Positions 34,522 through 47,566 of a DNA stretch of 62,029 nt are shown in pieces. Every line of letters starts with the position of its first letter. Position 1 is the stretch's first letter. The position numbers and the translations under genes are program-made. The notes beneath the pieces are model-generated. The model ran no database searches, had not been told where the DNA came from, and saw only the letters and a list, made by a program, of their open reading frames with translations. Source of the stretch: an uncultured Myxococcales bacterium (GTDB taxonomy: Bacteria; Myxococcota_A; Polyangia; Fen-1088); the NCBI GenBank assembly GCA_964491125.1, contig CAZBFJ010000002.1:1-62029 (forward strand), read 5' to 3'.

Positions 34522-36157
34522 GGTCGTGGCCCTCGCGCCACAGCGCGTGTTCCACCGCGGCCAGGAGCGGTAGCACCGTCTTGCGGTCGAGGGCGCTGAT
34601 GGCGAGGTTGCGGCCACCCGCGGACAGGATCTCGCGCTCCTCGGGCAGCAGGCGGTCGACCTTGTTGTAGACCAGCAGGCGCGGGGTCTCCGCCAGCTCG
34701 AGATCCTTCAGGATGCGTTCCACGGCCGCGATGTGAGCGTCACGGTCGGGATCGGCGCCGTCGACCACGTGCAGCAGGAGGTCGGCACCCTCCAGCTCCT
34801 CGAGGGTGGCGTGGAAGGCCTGCGCGAGATCCTTCGGGAGATCGCGGATGAACCCGACGGTGTCCGCCAGAATCAGCTCGCGCTCGCGCGGGAAGCGCAG
34901 GCGCCGGGTGGTCGGGTCCAAGGTGGCGAAGAGCTTGTCCTCGACCAGGACGTCGCTGCCGGTCAGGCCGTTGAGCAGCGTCGACTTGCCGGCGTTGGTG
35001 TAGCCGACGATGGCGACGAGCGGCAGGCCGCGCTGCTCGCGGTTGGCCCGCCGGCCGCGCCGCTGCCGCCGGGTCTCCTCGATGTCCTTCTCCAGGCGAC
35101 GCAGGCGCTCGCGCGCGCGCCGGCGGCCGATCTCGAGCTTGGTCTCGCCCGGGCCGCGCCCGCCGATGCCGCCGACCAGGCGGCTCATCATCGTGTTCTC
35201 TTCCTGCAGGCGAGGGAGGCGATAGCGGAGCTGCGCCAGCTCGACCTGGAGCTTGGCGTCCCGGCTCCTCGCCCGCTGGGCGAAGATGTCGAGGATCAGG
35301 ATGGTGCGATCGATGACCTTGAGATCGGTGAACGACGCAATGGCGTGCGCCTGTCCCGGCGAGAGATCCGGGTCGAAGACCAGCAGCCCGGCGTCGTACT
35401 GCATGGCCCGCACCAGGACGTCCTCGAGCTTGCCCCGGCCGATGAGATAGCGAGGATCCGGCTCGGGGCGGCGCTGGATCGCGACGTCCGCGATGTCGAT
35501 ACCGGCCGTGCGGCACAGCTCGCGCAGCTCGTGCACGCGCCGCTCGGCCTGGCCGCGCGGTTTGCCCAGCTCGGCCACCACCAAGAGGGCGCGCTCGACC
35601 GCTCGCGTCTTGCGGCTCGAGGGAAGCACGCGCTCGAACTCGTCCTCGAGCGCGGACACCAGCGCGGCGCAATCGAGCTTGGCGCGGTGAAAGGGCACGG
35701 CCGGGAGCGACACCCAGGGCGCCTTGCCTTCGCGGGGAGGAACGAGGTGCGCCACGTGGAGGTCGGCCGGACGCCCCTCGTGGTTCACGCCCACCGCCGC
35801 GACGAGGTCGAGCCGCAACAGGGCCAGGTCGACGAGATCGTCGCGGGTGAGCGCCTCGTTGCGCAGGTGGGTGTGCACCAGGCGCAGTCCGCGGAAGCGA
35901 CCGTGTCCGGCTCGTAGGCGGCCCACCTCGGGGACGACGATGCGAGACGCATCGCCGACGAACACGTTCTCGACGGTGCCTTGGCGGGAAAGCAGCACCC
36001 CGACCTGGCGGCCTATCTGGTGCGACAGCTCGCAGAGGAACGCCCCAAGCTCCTCCGAGACCACATCCTCCGCGGCCACGCGGCGGCGATAGACCCGCTC
36101 CAGGCTGGCGAGCTCGGAGGGCTTGAGACCGGCCCGGTTCCCGGTGATGTCACGCAT
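34511..36157 (-). CDS. hflX: GTPase HflX
   Basis: HflX N-domain plus G-domain ([23 protein letters not shown]). The tail overlaps cyaY by 11 nt (convergent). Confidence 0.93.
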   Translation of the reverse strand: MRDITGNRAGLKPSELASLERVYRRRVAAEDVVSEELGAFLCELSHQIGRQVGVLLSRQGTVENVFVGDASRIVVPEVGRLRAGHGRFRGLRLVHTHLRNEALTRDDLVDLALLRLDLVAAVGVNHEGRPADLHVAHLVPPREGKAPWVSLPAVPFHRAKLDCAALVSALEDEFERVLPSSRKTRAVERALLVVAELGKPRGQAERRVHELRELCRTAGIDIADVAIQRRPEPDPRYLIGRGKLEDVLVRAMQYDAGLLVFDPDLSPGQAHAIASFTDLKVIDRTILILDIFAQRARSRDAKLQVELAQLRYRLPRLQEENTMMSRLVGGIGGRGPGETKLEIGRRRARERLRRLEKDIEETRRQRRGRRANREQRGLPLVAIVGYTNAGKSTLLNGLTGSDVLVEDKLFATLDPTTRRLRFPRERELILADTVGFIRDLPKDLAQAFHATLEELEGADLLLHVVDGADPDRDAHIAAVERILKDLELAETPRLLVYNKVDRLLPEEREILSAGGRNLAISALDRKTVLPLLAAVEHALWREGHDLTA

Positions 36158-36181
36158 ACGGCGTCGGCGAGGCGGCGGGTG

Positions 36182-38731
36182 CTAGCCCTGGCCCTGAGGC
36201 TGGCCCTGGCCGGGCTGGCCTTGCGGCTCGTCTCCCGTTCGCGCGGGCGGCGGGCTTCCGCCCCGTTCATCGAGCAGGGTGAGCGCCACGGAAACCGCGC
36301 GCTTCGCCTTGTCGATGGTCTTCTCGTCGTCCTTGATACGGCGGTAGGCGCGGAGCGCTTGGTCCTCGAGGTCGGCCGTCTTGCCCTCGAGCTCGGTGAC
36401 CCGGTCGCGAACCTGGCCCAGCTTGACCTCGCGATCGCGCACATCCGAGCGAGCGGTATCCAGCTCGCCCTCGACGCGCAGGAGCCGCCGGTGCGTCTCG
36501 GCCAGCTCCTCGTTGCGCGCCGTGAGCTCGGCCTCGACCTCGGTGACCCGGGCATGGGCCTGCTCGAGCTCCTGGCGCTGCCGCTCCGCGGCCTCGGTCT
36601 TCTCGCTCAGGTTGCGCCGCTCGAGCTCCGCGGTCGCGGCGTGGTGTTGTTCGTCTCGGGCCTGCAGCTCCGTGCGCCGGCGGGCGTCGGCGGCGTCGAG
36701 ATCGGCCGTGCGCTTGGCCTCCGCTTCCTCGAGCTCGCGCCGGCGCCGGTCCTCGGCCGCAGCCAGCGCGCTCTCGTGGTTGCGGCGCAGCTCGCCGCTC
36801 TCGTTCTTGCTGTCGCGATCCTTGGCTTCCAGGGCCGCCTGGTGCGCGTGCTTCTCGGCCTCCAGGGCGGCCGTTTGCTCCTCGCGCAGCGCGAGCAAGG
36901 CCTTCTCGTGCTCGCGGCGGACGCGCGCCAGCTCGATCTCGTGCGCGTCCTCGAGCCCGGCCTTCTCCTCGGCGTGCCTTTTGCCCAGGAGCTCGAGCTC
37001 GCTCGTGTGGCTGGCGCTCAGCTTGCCGAGCGCGGCCTGCAGCTCGCCCTCGCGCGAGGCCTTCTCCGCGTCGCGGTCCTCACGCAGGCGCGCAACCTCT
37101 TCCTTGTGGGCCTCCTCCTCCTCGGTCAGACGCGCCTCGAGATCGTGCCGGACCCGATCGAGCTCGAGCCGCGCGCGATCCTCGACGGTGGCGAGGCGCT
37201 TCTTCAGGAGGTCGAGCTCGTCGTGGGTCTTGCCGATCTCGGTGTGTGCGTCCTCGAGGCGGACCTTGAGGCCCCGCTCGCGCTCGATGGCCTTCTCCTT
37301 GTCCTGCGCGAGCGCGATGACCTTCTCGTTCGCGTGCATCAGGTTCTTCTCGAAGGCGAGCATCTTCTCCTCGAGGTCCCGGCGCGCGCGCTCGTGCTCG
37401 CGCATCCGGTCCTTCTGGTCGAGGATCTGCCGGTCCTTGGCATCGAGCGCGTCCCGCAGATCGAGGATGTCCTTTTCCTTCCGATTGATGGTCTCGCGCA
37501 GGCCGAGGAGATCCTTTTCCTTGTGCAGCGGCTGCGATTGCAGGTGCGAGCGCAGATCGTCGATCACCGCGGCCAGCTCGCGCTTCTCGTCCTCGAGCTC
37601 GTGGATGCGCTTCTGCAGGTCGCTGAAGACGGGATCGTTCGCCGCCAGGGTCGCGTAGGAGACCACCGAGGTGCTCCGGACCTCGTCGGGCATCGGCAGC
37701 TCGTCGGACTCCTCCGGGCGGCGCAGCAGCTCGGGGTCGCCCTCGACCTCGGCGGGCGGCGGCGGCGTTTCCTCGGCGGTCTCGATCTCGGGCGGGAAGA
37801 CGGCCGCCGGGACGGCCTCGAGCTCCGACTCGGGAGCCGGGGCGGGTGCCGGTTCCGGCTCCGGTTCACCCATCGCCCCGCGCATTTGCTCGAGCTGGAA
37901 GCTGACCGGGGCGGCACGTGTCGCGCCGTCCTCGGTCCACCCGTCGGAGTCACTCGCGGCGGCCACCTCGTCCGGCTGGGCCGCGGCGGCCGGCTCGGGC
38001 GGAGGCGCCATCGGCTCGACGGGCGGCGGCGTGATCACGTCGATCATGCTCCGGCCCGGCACCGTCTTGCGGAGGTCCGCCTCGCCGCCGAGCGGCAGCG
38101 GCGCGGAGATCTCGAGGGCGTCGAAGGCCGCGTCCGCTTCCTTGTCGAACATGGCGTCGAGCATGGGGTTGCCGAGCGGATCGGCCGAGGTCTGGGTCGG
38201 CCCGCCGTCGAGGTCCACCGGCTCTTGCGGCGGCGGCGTGCTCAGGCGCGACTCGTCGACGATGTCGTCCGCGTCGATGGCGATCTCGGATGACACCACG
38301 TCGGTGCCCATGAAGATCTCCGACGACAGCGACGGCGTCCCGCCGCCCTCGGGCTCGTCGAGCCCGACGAGGACGTTGACCTTCCGCATGAGCTCGTGCC
38401 GGTCGAGCGGCTTGAACATGTAGTCGTCGGCGTGCAGCTTGAAGGTCCGGTGCTGGTCGAACTTCTCGGGCGATTCCTCGGCGGAGGTCAGGACGAGTGG
38501 AATGTCCCGCAGCTCCGCGCTGCGCTTGATCTTGTTGCAGATCGCATAGCCGGCCTTCTTCGGCTCGACCGATACCAGCATCAGCGTCGGCCGGTTCTTC
38601 TTTGCCCATTCGACGACTTGATCGCCGTTGGTGATGTTCCTGACCTCGAAGCCATAGGGCTCGAGCGTTCCGGTAATGACGCTCAGGGCAGCTTCATCCG
38701 GCTCGACACACAGAAGTGTTCTCGTCGCCAT
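36182..38731 (-). CDS. FrzS/AglZ-family protein: pseudo-receiver domain plus long coiled coil
   Basis: The N-terminal receiver fold has Ser in place of the phospho-acceptor Asp (PTLMLVSVEPKKAGY), while T/S and K (YMFKP) are retained. An acidic/Pro linker follows, then ~450 aa of heptad-rich E/R/A/L sequence. Confidence 0.8.
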   Translation of the reverse strand: MATRTLLCVEPDEAALSVITGTLEPYGFEVRNITNGDQVVEWAKKNRPTLMLVSVEPKKAGYAICNKIKRSAELRDIPLVLTSAEESPEKFDQHRTFKLHADDYMFKPLDRHELMRKVNVLVGLDEPEGGGTPSLSSEIFMGTDVVSSEIAIDADDIVDESRLSTPPPQEPVDLDGGPTQTSADPLGNPMLDAMFDKEADAAFDALEISAPLPLGGEADLRKTVPGRSMIDVITPPPVEPMAPPPEPAAAAQPDEVAAASDSDGWTEDGATRAAPVSFQLEQMRGAMGEPEPEPAPAPAPESELEAVPAAVFPPEIETAEETPPPPAEVEGDPELLRRPEESDELPMPDEVRSTSVVSYATLAANDPVFSDLQKRIHELEDEKRELAAVIDDLRSHLQSQPLHKEKDLLGLRETINRKEKDILDLRDALDAKDRQILDQKDRMREHERARRDLEEKMLAFEKNLMHANEKVIALAQDKEKAIERERGLKVRLEDAHTEIGKTHDELDLLKKRLATVEDRARLELDRVRHDLEARLTEEEEAHKEEVARLREDRDAEKASREGELQAALGKLSASHTSELELLGKRHAEEKAGLEDAHEIELARVRREHEKALLALREEQTAALEAEKHAHQAALEAKDRDSKNESGELRRNHESALAAAEDRRRRELEEAEAKRTADLDAADARRRTELQARDEQHHAATAELERRNLSEKTEAAERQRQELEQAHARVTEVEAELTARNEELAETHRRLLRVEGELDTARSDVRDREVKLGQVRDRVTELEGKTADLEDQALRAYRRIKDDEKTIDKAKRAVSVALTLLDERGGSPPPARTGDEPQGQPGQGQPQGQG

Positions 38732-38816
38732 GGGAATGCCGGACGTTACTACGGATAGGCGCCCAGGACCAGGCCTAGCCCAACGCGTCGCAAGTGCTGC
38801 CCGCGCGCGAGTGCTG

Positions 38817-39596
38817 CTATCTGCGGGTCAGGTACGCCGTCTCGACCCAGCTCGCGAGGGCGTCCTCGTCCAGATCCGCGGTGAAGACGTAGTCGAGGCC
38901 GCCCGGCTCCCGGAAGGTCACGGTCGACACGCCCCGCTGGTGGTCCACGAAGACGCGGTGGCCGCGCAAGACGCGCTGGCGCGAGCCCGCCAGGGGCTCG
39001 CTGTCCGACGGGGCCACCATGACGCCGAGGCGGCGGCCCGCCGGCACCTGATAGACGACGTAGGCCCCGATGCGATCGCGCACGTTGACCAGGCGGCCGC
39101 CCTGACAACGCCCGCCGAGATCGAGGGCGGCCGGTCGCAACGCGAAGTCCACCTTGCCGCGGAACCAGTCCGAAACCTTGGCGCAGCTATCGGACAGCAC
39201 GTCGAGCGGCAGATCGTGGTGGAAGGTGGAGACGGCCTGCTCGAGCATCACCGAGCGGGTGGCGCGCGGACGGTTGCTGACGAAGAGCAACAGCGCGGCG
39301 GCCGCGGCCGCGGCGACCGTGAAGGCGCGTGGATGCGATTGCCAGGGCCAGGGGCGCCTCGGGGCCGGCGCCGCGGCCAGGGCGCCTTCGATGCGCGCGC
39401 GCAGCCCCACGGGCAGCGGGGGCCTGGGCAAGTGCCCGCGAACCGCGGCCTTGAAGCGTGCCTGGAAACGGCTCGCGTGCGTGCACTGCTCGCAGGTGCG
39501 CAGGTGCGCTTCGTACGCCTGCCGATCCGTGTCGGCGAGCTCGCCGTCGACGTAGGCTTGCAGGAAGGTGTCGGCCTCGGCGCAGTTCATGGTCAT
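38817..39596 (-). CDS. Anti-sigma factor (zf-HC2 type) with one TM segment
   Basis: HLRTCEQC is the H-x3-C-x2-C motif. A TM helix follows (AFTVAAAAAAALLLFV). The ATGA overlap with the sigma factor stop indicates coupling. Confidence 0.75.
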   Translation of the reverse strand: MTMNCAEADTFLQAYVDGELADTDRQAYEAHLRTCEQCTHASRFQARFKAAVRGHLPRPPLPVGLRARIEGALAAAPAPRRPWPWQSHPRAFTVAAAAAAALLLFVSNRPRATRSVMLEQAVSTFHHDLPLDVLSDSCAKVSDWFRGKVDFALRPAALDLGGRCQGGRLVNVRDRIGAYVVYQVPAGRRLGVMVAPSDSEPLAGSRQRVLRGHRVFVDHQRGVSTVTFREPGGLDYVFTADLDEDALASWVETAYLTRR

Positions 39597-40249
39597 GCGG
39601 CGCCTCCCTCCTTCCGCTTGCGCAGGTAAGGCTCGAGCTCGACCACCTTCGGTGAGGCAGGCTCGTCGGCGCCCGGCGAGCCGCCGTCGGTTGCCCCGCT
39701 GGGCTGCGCGGCCGCGTAGTCGGAGAGGCGCTTTTGCAGCAGGCGGCGCCCCCGAAAGAGCCGGCTCATCACGGTTCCCGCCGGGCATTCCATGATGTCG
39801 GCGATCTCCTTGTACGAGAGGTCTTCGAGGTCGGCCAGGATCACGGGCAGGCGGAACTCCGGCGGCAAGGTGGCGAGCGCGCGCTCGACGTCGCGCGAGA
39901 GCATGCGCCCGAAGAGGGCGCTCTCCGCGTCCCGCGGAGCCGACCCCTGGAACTGGCCGAGGTTGGCGGCGCTCGACTCCGCCTCGCCCAGGACCTCCTG
40001 CTCGCGGGCACGCTCCCGGTACCGGTTCCGGAAGACGTTCGTCAGGATGCGCATCAGCCAGGCACGGCAGTTCGAGCCCGCCGTGTATCCGTCCCAGAAG
40101 CGGTAGGCGCGCAGGATGGTGTCCTGCACCAGATCCTCGGCGTCACCCTCGGAGCGGGTCATGCGCAGCGCCACGCCGTAGAGCGCCTGGAGGTGTGGCA
40201 TCACTTCGTGCTCGAAGTCGCTGCTCGGTTTGTTGCGGCGGAGAAACAC
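39593..40249 (-). CDS. ECF-type RNA polymerase sigma factor
   Basis: Region 2 (DAEDLVQDTILRAYRFW) and region 4 (LSYKEIADIMECPAGTVMSRLFRGR). Confidence 0.9.
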   Translation of the reverse strand: MFLRRNKPSSDFEHEVMPHLQALYGVALRMTRSEGDAEDLVQDTILRAYRFWDGYTAGSNCRAWLMRILTNVFRNRYRERAREQEVLGEAESSAANLGQFQGSAPRDAESALFGRMLSRDVERALATLPPEFRLPVILADLEDLSYKEIADIMECPAGTVMSRLFRGRRLLQKRLSDYAAAQPSGATDGGSPGADEPASPKVVELEPYLRKRKEGGAA

Positions 40250-40307
40250 GGTTTGCTGCCTAGAACCGGCGGTCCGGCGGCCCTATTCCCGGGGACGCCT
40301 CGCGATC

Positions 40308-41552
40308 CTAGGGCAGGGCAGCGGGGCTGTCGATGCGCATGAAGTAGCGCTTGGTGACGCGGGTCTCGCCCTCCTTGACCCGGTCGGTGTACGTCACGTA
40401 AACGGCGGCATCCGGGCCCACCCAGGCCGACACGGGGCCGGCATCGCCGTCGGCGGTGCGGAGGTGTAGGGCCGCCCCATGCTTGACCGCGTCATAGCGA
40501 TAGCGCACCACCTGCGGGCCGGCCTTCCGCGTCAATCCGATGAGCACGTCCGTCCCCGGCGAGGTCACCCAGGCGGGTGTCGGCATGTTGCTGGGGACGC
40601 CAAAGAAGACCTCCGGCATGACCGGGTGGTGGGTCGTCACGTTGCCGTCTTTGGTCGGGTCGATGGGCGGGTAGTACGTGGCGAAATCGATGGCCGTGGT
40701 GTCGTTCCAGATCCCCGTGAAGGCCATGTGGTATCTGCCCTCGGGAGCCGAGGAGCCCACGATGGCACAATTCTTCACGCCCGCGCGGAGCTGGTAGACC
40801 ATGTGGCTCGGGTTTCCCATCTCGGGGATGGTAAGGACCTGGAAGTCCGAGGCGCCGCCGAGCGAGCTGCTGGCGGTCACGACGCCGATGCCGAAGGCCG
40901 TCGGCGTCGACTGGACGGACAGGCAAGCCCACGCCGGCACGTTGGCGGGATTGTCGTCGTCGAGGAAGGTGGACGGCGTGGGCGCGGCGCGCGCGTCGGC
41001 GGGTAGGGCGAGGTAGCGCACGGGGATGCCGGGGACGCGTGTGCCCCAGGCTACGAAGCCGAGCTTGCCGCTCGGCGCGGCCCCGGCGACGAGGTCGATG
41101 GTCGCGGGATCGGTCCCGGCGGGCAGGGCGGCGAGCGGGATGGGCTCCGCGGACGCCGCGGCTCCGGCCGTGTGCACGATGGCCACCAGATCGTAGCCGT
41201 CGATGACCTGGGTGCTCGGGACCACGGAGAGCGCGACGAGTTGGTCGCCCGGGGCGCCTTTCCCGGTGGCCGCGAGCACGGGACCGACCACGGGCGGGGC
41301 GAGGGCGAAGCTCGCCTCTTGCGTTACGGTTCCGTCGAGGCCGAGCCGCGCCCACCACACGGTGGCCGCGGCGGCGTCGTAGCCCGCGAGGGTGAAGGCG
41401 TCACCGGCGCGCTGGAGCGACGCGTTCGGCAGCCGCGCCAGCGGCGAATCGGGGAGAGTCCGGTCGAGACCGAGGCTTGCTCCCGGCGGTGTGTCCGACC
41501 CGCACGCCCCCACCATCGACACGACCCAGGCCGCGGTTCGAAGCTTGCCCAT
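40308..41552 (-). CDS. Hypothetical lipoprotein
   Basis: Lipobox VSMVGAC after MGKLRTAAWV. 414 aa of beta-rich sequence with no recognised family. Confidence 0.6.
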   Translation of the reverse strand: MGKLRTAAWVVSMVGACGSDTPPGASLGLDRTLPDSPLARLPNASLQRAGDAFTLAGYDAAAATVWWARLGLDGTVTQEASFALAPPVVGPVLAATGKGAPGDQLVALSVVPSTQVIDGYDLVAIVHTAGAAASAEPIPLAALPAGTDPATIDLVAGAAPSGKLGFVAWGTRVPGIPVRYLALPADARAAPTPSTFLDDDNPANVPAWACLSVQSTPTAFGIGVVTASSSLGGASDFQVLTIPEMGNPSHMVYQLRAGVKNCAIVGSSAPEGRYHMAFTGIWNDTTAIDFATYYPPIDPTKDGNVTTHHPVMPEVFFGVPSNMPTPAWVTSPGTDVLIGLTRKAGPQVVRYRYDAVKHGAALHLRTADGDAGPVSAWVGPDAAVYVTYTDRVKEGETRVTKRYFMRIDSPAALP

Positions 41553-41618
41553 GTCGCGGATCTTAATGGGGAAGCGTCGATTCGCCAAGCGGATGGGCGC
41601 TGGCCCGGCGCCGCGGAC

Positions 41619-44624
<3,006 letters not shown>

Positions 44625-44783
44625 AGGGGTCCTTCCGTCCGCACAAGGCGGGACCTGCTAACCTAAAGTGGCGAGGCTCCCCCTGCAAGGGCGAAGGCGA
44701 AAGGGGCGGGAGGACCGATTGGGGTGGGCGGCGCCCGGCCCGCGGGGCACCGGGGCCCGGTCGTCGGAGAGACGTGGCGGGCG

Positions 44784-45416
44784 CTACTGCCGGGCAAACG
44801 TCAGGATGCCGTGGCTCGTCCGGTGAATCGCCGCGTGCTGGGTCATCGTCGCGCCGCTTACACAGAAGTCGTAGCTCGCCCCGCCGCTCTCGGTGATGGT
44901 GGCGTCGGTGACGGCGTAGCTCTTGACCGACGTGTCGGCCGACACGCTGGTCACGGTGCAGTCGCAGGTCGTGCCCGCGTACGTGCAGGAGCCGGTCGCC
45001 TCCGGATCCCCGGGGGTGGGTGCGAACGTGGCGCAGCCGGCGCTATCCGCCGCCACGTTCGGTCGCAGGGCCGTCATGCAGGCCGTCGTGTAGGCGATGC
45101 TCGATTCGGAGCGGGTGGTCATGTCGTAGGTGACGGTACCGGCGCGGTAGGCGAGCGTGCCCCCGATGGTCAAGGTCGCCGCCTTCACCGCGCCCGCGCA
45201 GGCGGGCGCGTTTGCGGTCAACCCCTCGTCGAGGACCTGCACCAGCGCCTTGTCGAAGCAGGCCCCGGTCACTTCCCACGAGCCCTCCGGATCGCCGCCA
45301 CAAGCCGCGAAGCTGCCGGCGCAGATGCCAGCCTCGGTGCCACCGCCGCCTGTGCACCCGGCGGCCGCGAGCGCGGTCGCCGCCAGGGACAGCGAGAACA
45401 CCCGGGATTTCATCAT
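44784..45416 (-). CDS. Hypothetical Cys-rich lipoprotein
   Basis: Lipobox LAAAGC after MMKSRVFSLSLAATA. Function unknown. Confidence 0.55.
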   Translation of the reverse strand: MMKSRVFSLSLAATALAAAGCTGGGGTEAGICAGSFAACGGDPEGSWEVTGACFDKALVQVLDEGLTANAPACAGAVKAATLTIGGTLAYRAGTVTYDMTTRSESSIAYTTACMTALRPNVAADSAGCATFAPTPGDPEATGSCTYAGTTCDCTVTSVSADTSVKSYAVTDATITESGGASYDFCVSGATMTQHAAIHRTSHGILTFARQ

Positions 45417-45500
45417 CACCGCATGCTCGCACGCCGGCCGGCACCCGGCAAGCACGCGCCCTCCACCATGGTCCCGCGCGGGATCACGGTGAGGGACCGC

Positions 45501-46700
45501 TCATCGGCCACGGCGACGAGCGCGGCGCGGAACGACGGCGGCGAGCGCCTGCTCGAGGTCGGCGACCAGATCTTCGGTGTTCTCGATCCCGGCCGAGACG
45601 CGCACGTTGGCTCCGGTGATGCCGGCGGCCCGTCGTGCCTCCGGGGTCATGGAGGCGTGGCTCATGGTCTCGGGGTGCTCGACGAGCGACTCGACGCCCC
45701 CCAGGGACTCGGCGAAGCTGAAGATGCGCAACCGCGAGATGACCTCGAAGGCCGCCGCCTGGCCGCCTCGTAGATCGAAGGACAGCATGCCGCCGAAGCC
45801 TTGCATCTGCCGGCGGGCCAGGCGGTGTTGCGGGTGCGAGCGCAGGCCGGGGTAGTAAACCCGCTCGACGGCGGGATGGCCAGACAAGAGCTCGGCGAGG
45901 GTGGCGGCGTTCTTCGCGTGCGCGGCCATGCGGCACGGCAGGGTGCGGATGCCGCGCAAGACCAGCCAGGCGTCGAAGGGCGAGCAGCAGGTGCCGAGCG
46001 CGTTGACCATGGCGGCCACCCGCGCCGCGTCCTCCGGCCGGCGTGACACGATGGCGCCGCCGACCACGTCGCTGTGGCCGTTCAGGTACTTGGTCGTCGA
46101 GTGGACCACGAAGTCGGCGCCGAGGGCGAGGGGGCGCTGGAAGACCGGCGACAGGAAGGTGTTGTCGACGATGGTCGCCTGGCCATGGCGCCTCGCCAGG
46201 GCGCAGATGGCGGCGATGTCGACGACGTTGAGGAGCGGGTTCGAGGGCGTCTCGATCCAGATGGCTCGCGTCTCGGGCAGGAGGGCGTCCCTGACGTGGC
46301 GGGGATCCGACATGTCGACGAAGGAGAAACGCAGGCCGCGGGTCGCCAGGATCTGGGCGAAGAGCCGGTACGTACCGCCGTAGATGTCGTGCCCGGCCAC
46401 GATATGACTCCCCGCAGGGAAGAGCGCCATGATCGAGGTCTCCGCCGCCATGCCGGTGGCGGTGGCCGTGGCGCCGGCGCCGCCCTCGAGGGCTGCCAGA
46501 CACGCCTCGAGCGCCGCGCGCGTCGGGTTGGCGGTGCGGCTGTAGTCGTAGCCCTTGGTCTTGCCGGGGGCCTCGAAGGCGAAGGTCGAGGTGGCGTAGA
46601 TGGGCACCGCTACCGAGTTGAACGTGGTGTCCTGACGGGTCCCCGCCTGAACGCAGACGGTTTCAGTCCGATATGGGTGCGCGCCGGCCAGCTTCTTCAT
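45501..46700 (-). CDS. PLP-dependent trans-sulfuration enzyme (cystathionine gamma-synthase/lyase family)
   Basis: Cys/Met-metabolism PLP family, with the lysine motif HSTTKYLNGHSDVVGG. Confidence 0.9.
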   Translation of the reverse strand: MKKLAGAHPYRTETVCVQAGTRQDTTFNSVAVPIYATSTFAFEAPGKTKGYDYSRTANPTRAALEACLAALEGGAGATATATGMAAETSIMALFPAGSHIVAGHDIYGGTYRLFAQILATRGLRFSFVDMSDPRHVRDALLPETRAIWIETPSNPLLNVVDIAAICALARRHGQATIVDNTFLSPVFQRPLALGADFVVHSTTKYLNGHSDVVGGAIVSRRPEDAARVAAMVNALGTCCSPFDAWLVLRGIRTLPCRMAAHAKNAATLAELLSGHPAVERVYYPGLRSHPQHRLARRQMQGFGGMLSFDLRGGQAAAFEVISRLRIFSFAESLGGVESLVEHPETMSHASMTPEARRAAGITGANVRVSAGIENTEDLVADLEQALAAVVPRRARRRGR

Positions 46701-46757
46701 GCATCCTCCGAGCGGAGAAGCTAACGCGCGAAACCGCGAGGCGCCAGGCGAGCCGGC

Positions 46758-47420
46758 TCAGTCGAGCGGCTTTATCGACAGGTTGTCGAAGGAAACCTCG
46801 GACTCCCACCCGCTGAAGGCGAAGTACTCGTGGCCGGGGCCTTGCAGTGGGGTCGGGTCGTCCCAGCTCAAGTACGCCGCGCCGTCGAGCTTCCAGTCGA
46901 CGCGACCGCCCTTCCGCGTGATGGCGAAGTGGTAGGTACGTCCGGGCACGGCCACCGGCTCGTCGTTCTCCCGGGTGCGGAACGTCTTGACGAAACCCTC
47001 GTGCTCGCCGAGCCGGCCGAGAATGCTCTTGGTGTTGTCCCACCCCCCGAGCACGACCACGTAGCTCGTGGGGAGGTAGGTCGAGCCAGACGAATCGAAC
47101 GATTCGCCGTCGCCGTAGAGCTCGACCTTGAGGTCGCCCGCCGCGCTGTGGGTGGTGGCGTCGAACTCGATGACGGCGTTGCGCGGGAGCTTGCGGCGCA
47201 ACCAGACGGGGTGGTTGTAGGCGCGCGCGAGCACGAGCCGGCCGTCCTTGATGCGGGCGGTGCGACCGGTGTCGAGCCAGTCGGAACCGAGGACGTCGCG
47301 CCCGAAGCCGTCGGAGAAAGGCGCCATCAGAGCGGGGGCTCGGGGTTTGCAGCCGGGGGCAGCGACCAACAGGCCAAGGACCACCGCGACGGCACCGGGC
47401 AATATCCGCATGAGGAGCAT
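46758..47420 (-). CDS. Lipoprotein with concanavalin-A/LamG-like jelly-roll domain
   Basis: Lipobox VAAPGC. Pattern W..TG...IKDGRLVL....V.L......NAVIEFD, ending in ...FDNLSIKPL. The fold call is tentative. Confidence 0.55.
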   Translation of the reverse strand: MLLMRILPGAVAVVLGLLVAAPGCKPRAPALMAPFSDGFGRDVLGSDWLDTGRTARIKDGRLVLARAYNHPVWLRRKLPRNAVIEFDATTHSAAGDLKVELYGDGESFDSSGSTYLPTSYVVVLGGWDNTKSILGRLGEHEGFVKTFRTRENDEPVAVPGRTYHFAITRKGGRVDWKLDGAAYLSWDDPTPLQGPGHEYFAFSGWESEVSFDNLSIKPLD

Positions 47421-47566
47421 CGATTGTAGCGACGGCGGGGAGCCGCGGCAAGCATCGCGTCCGGATCGCGCCCGGAAACCGACGGTGGTTCGGACAAGCC
47501 GGGTCAGACGCACATGGCTTCCCCGAGCGTAGTGCGGGCAACCGGGATTGGGTACTATCGGCGGGG

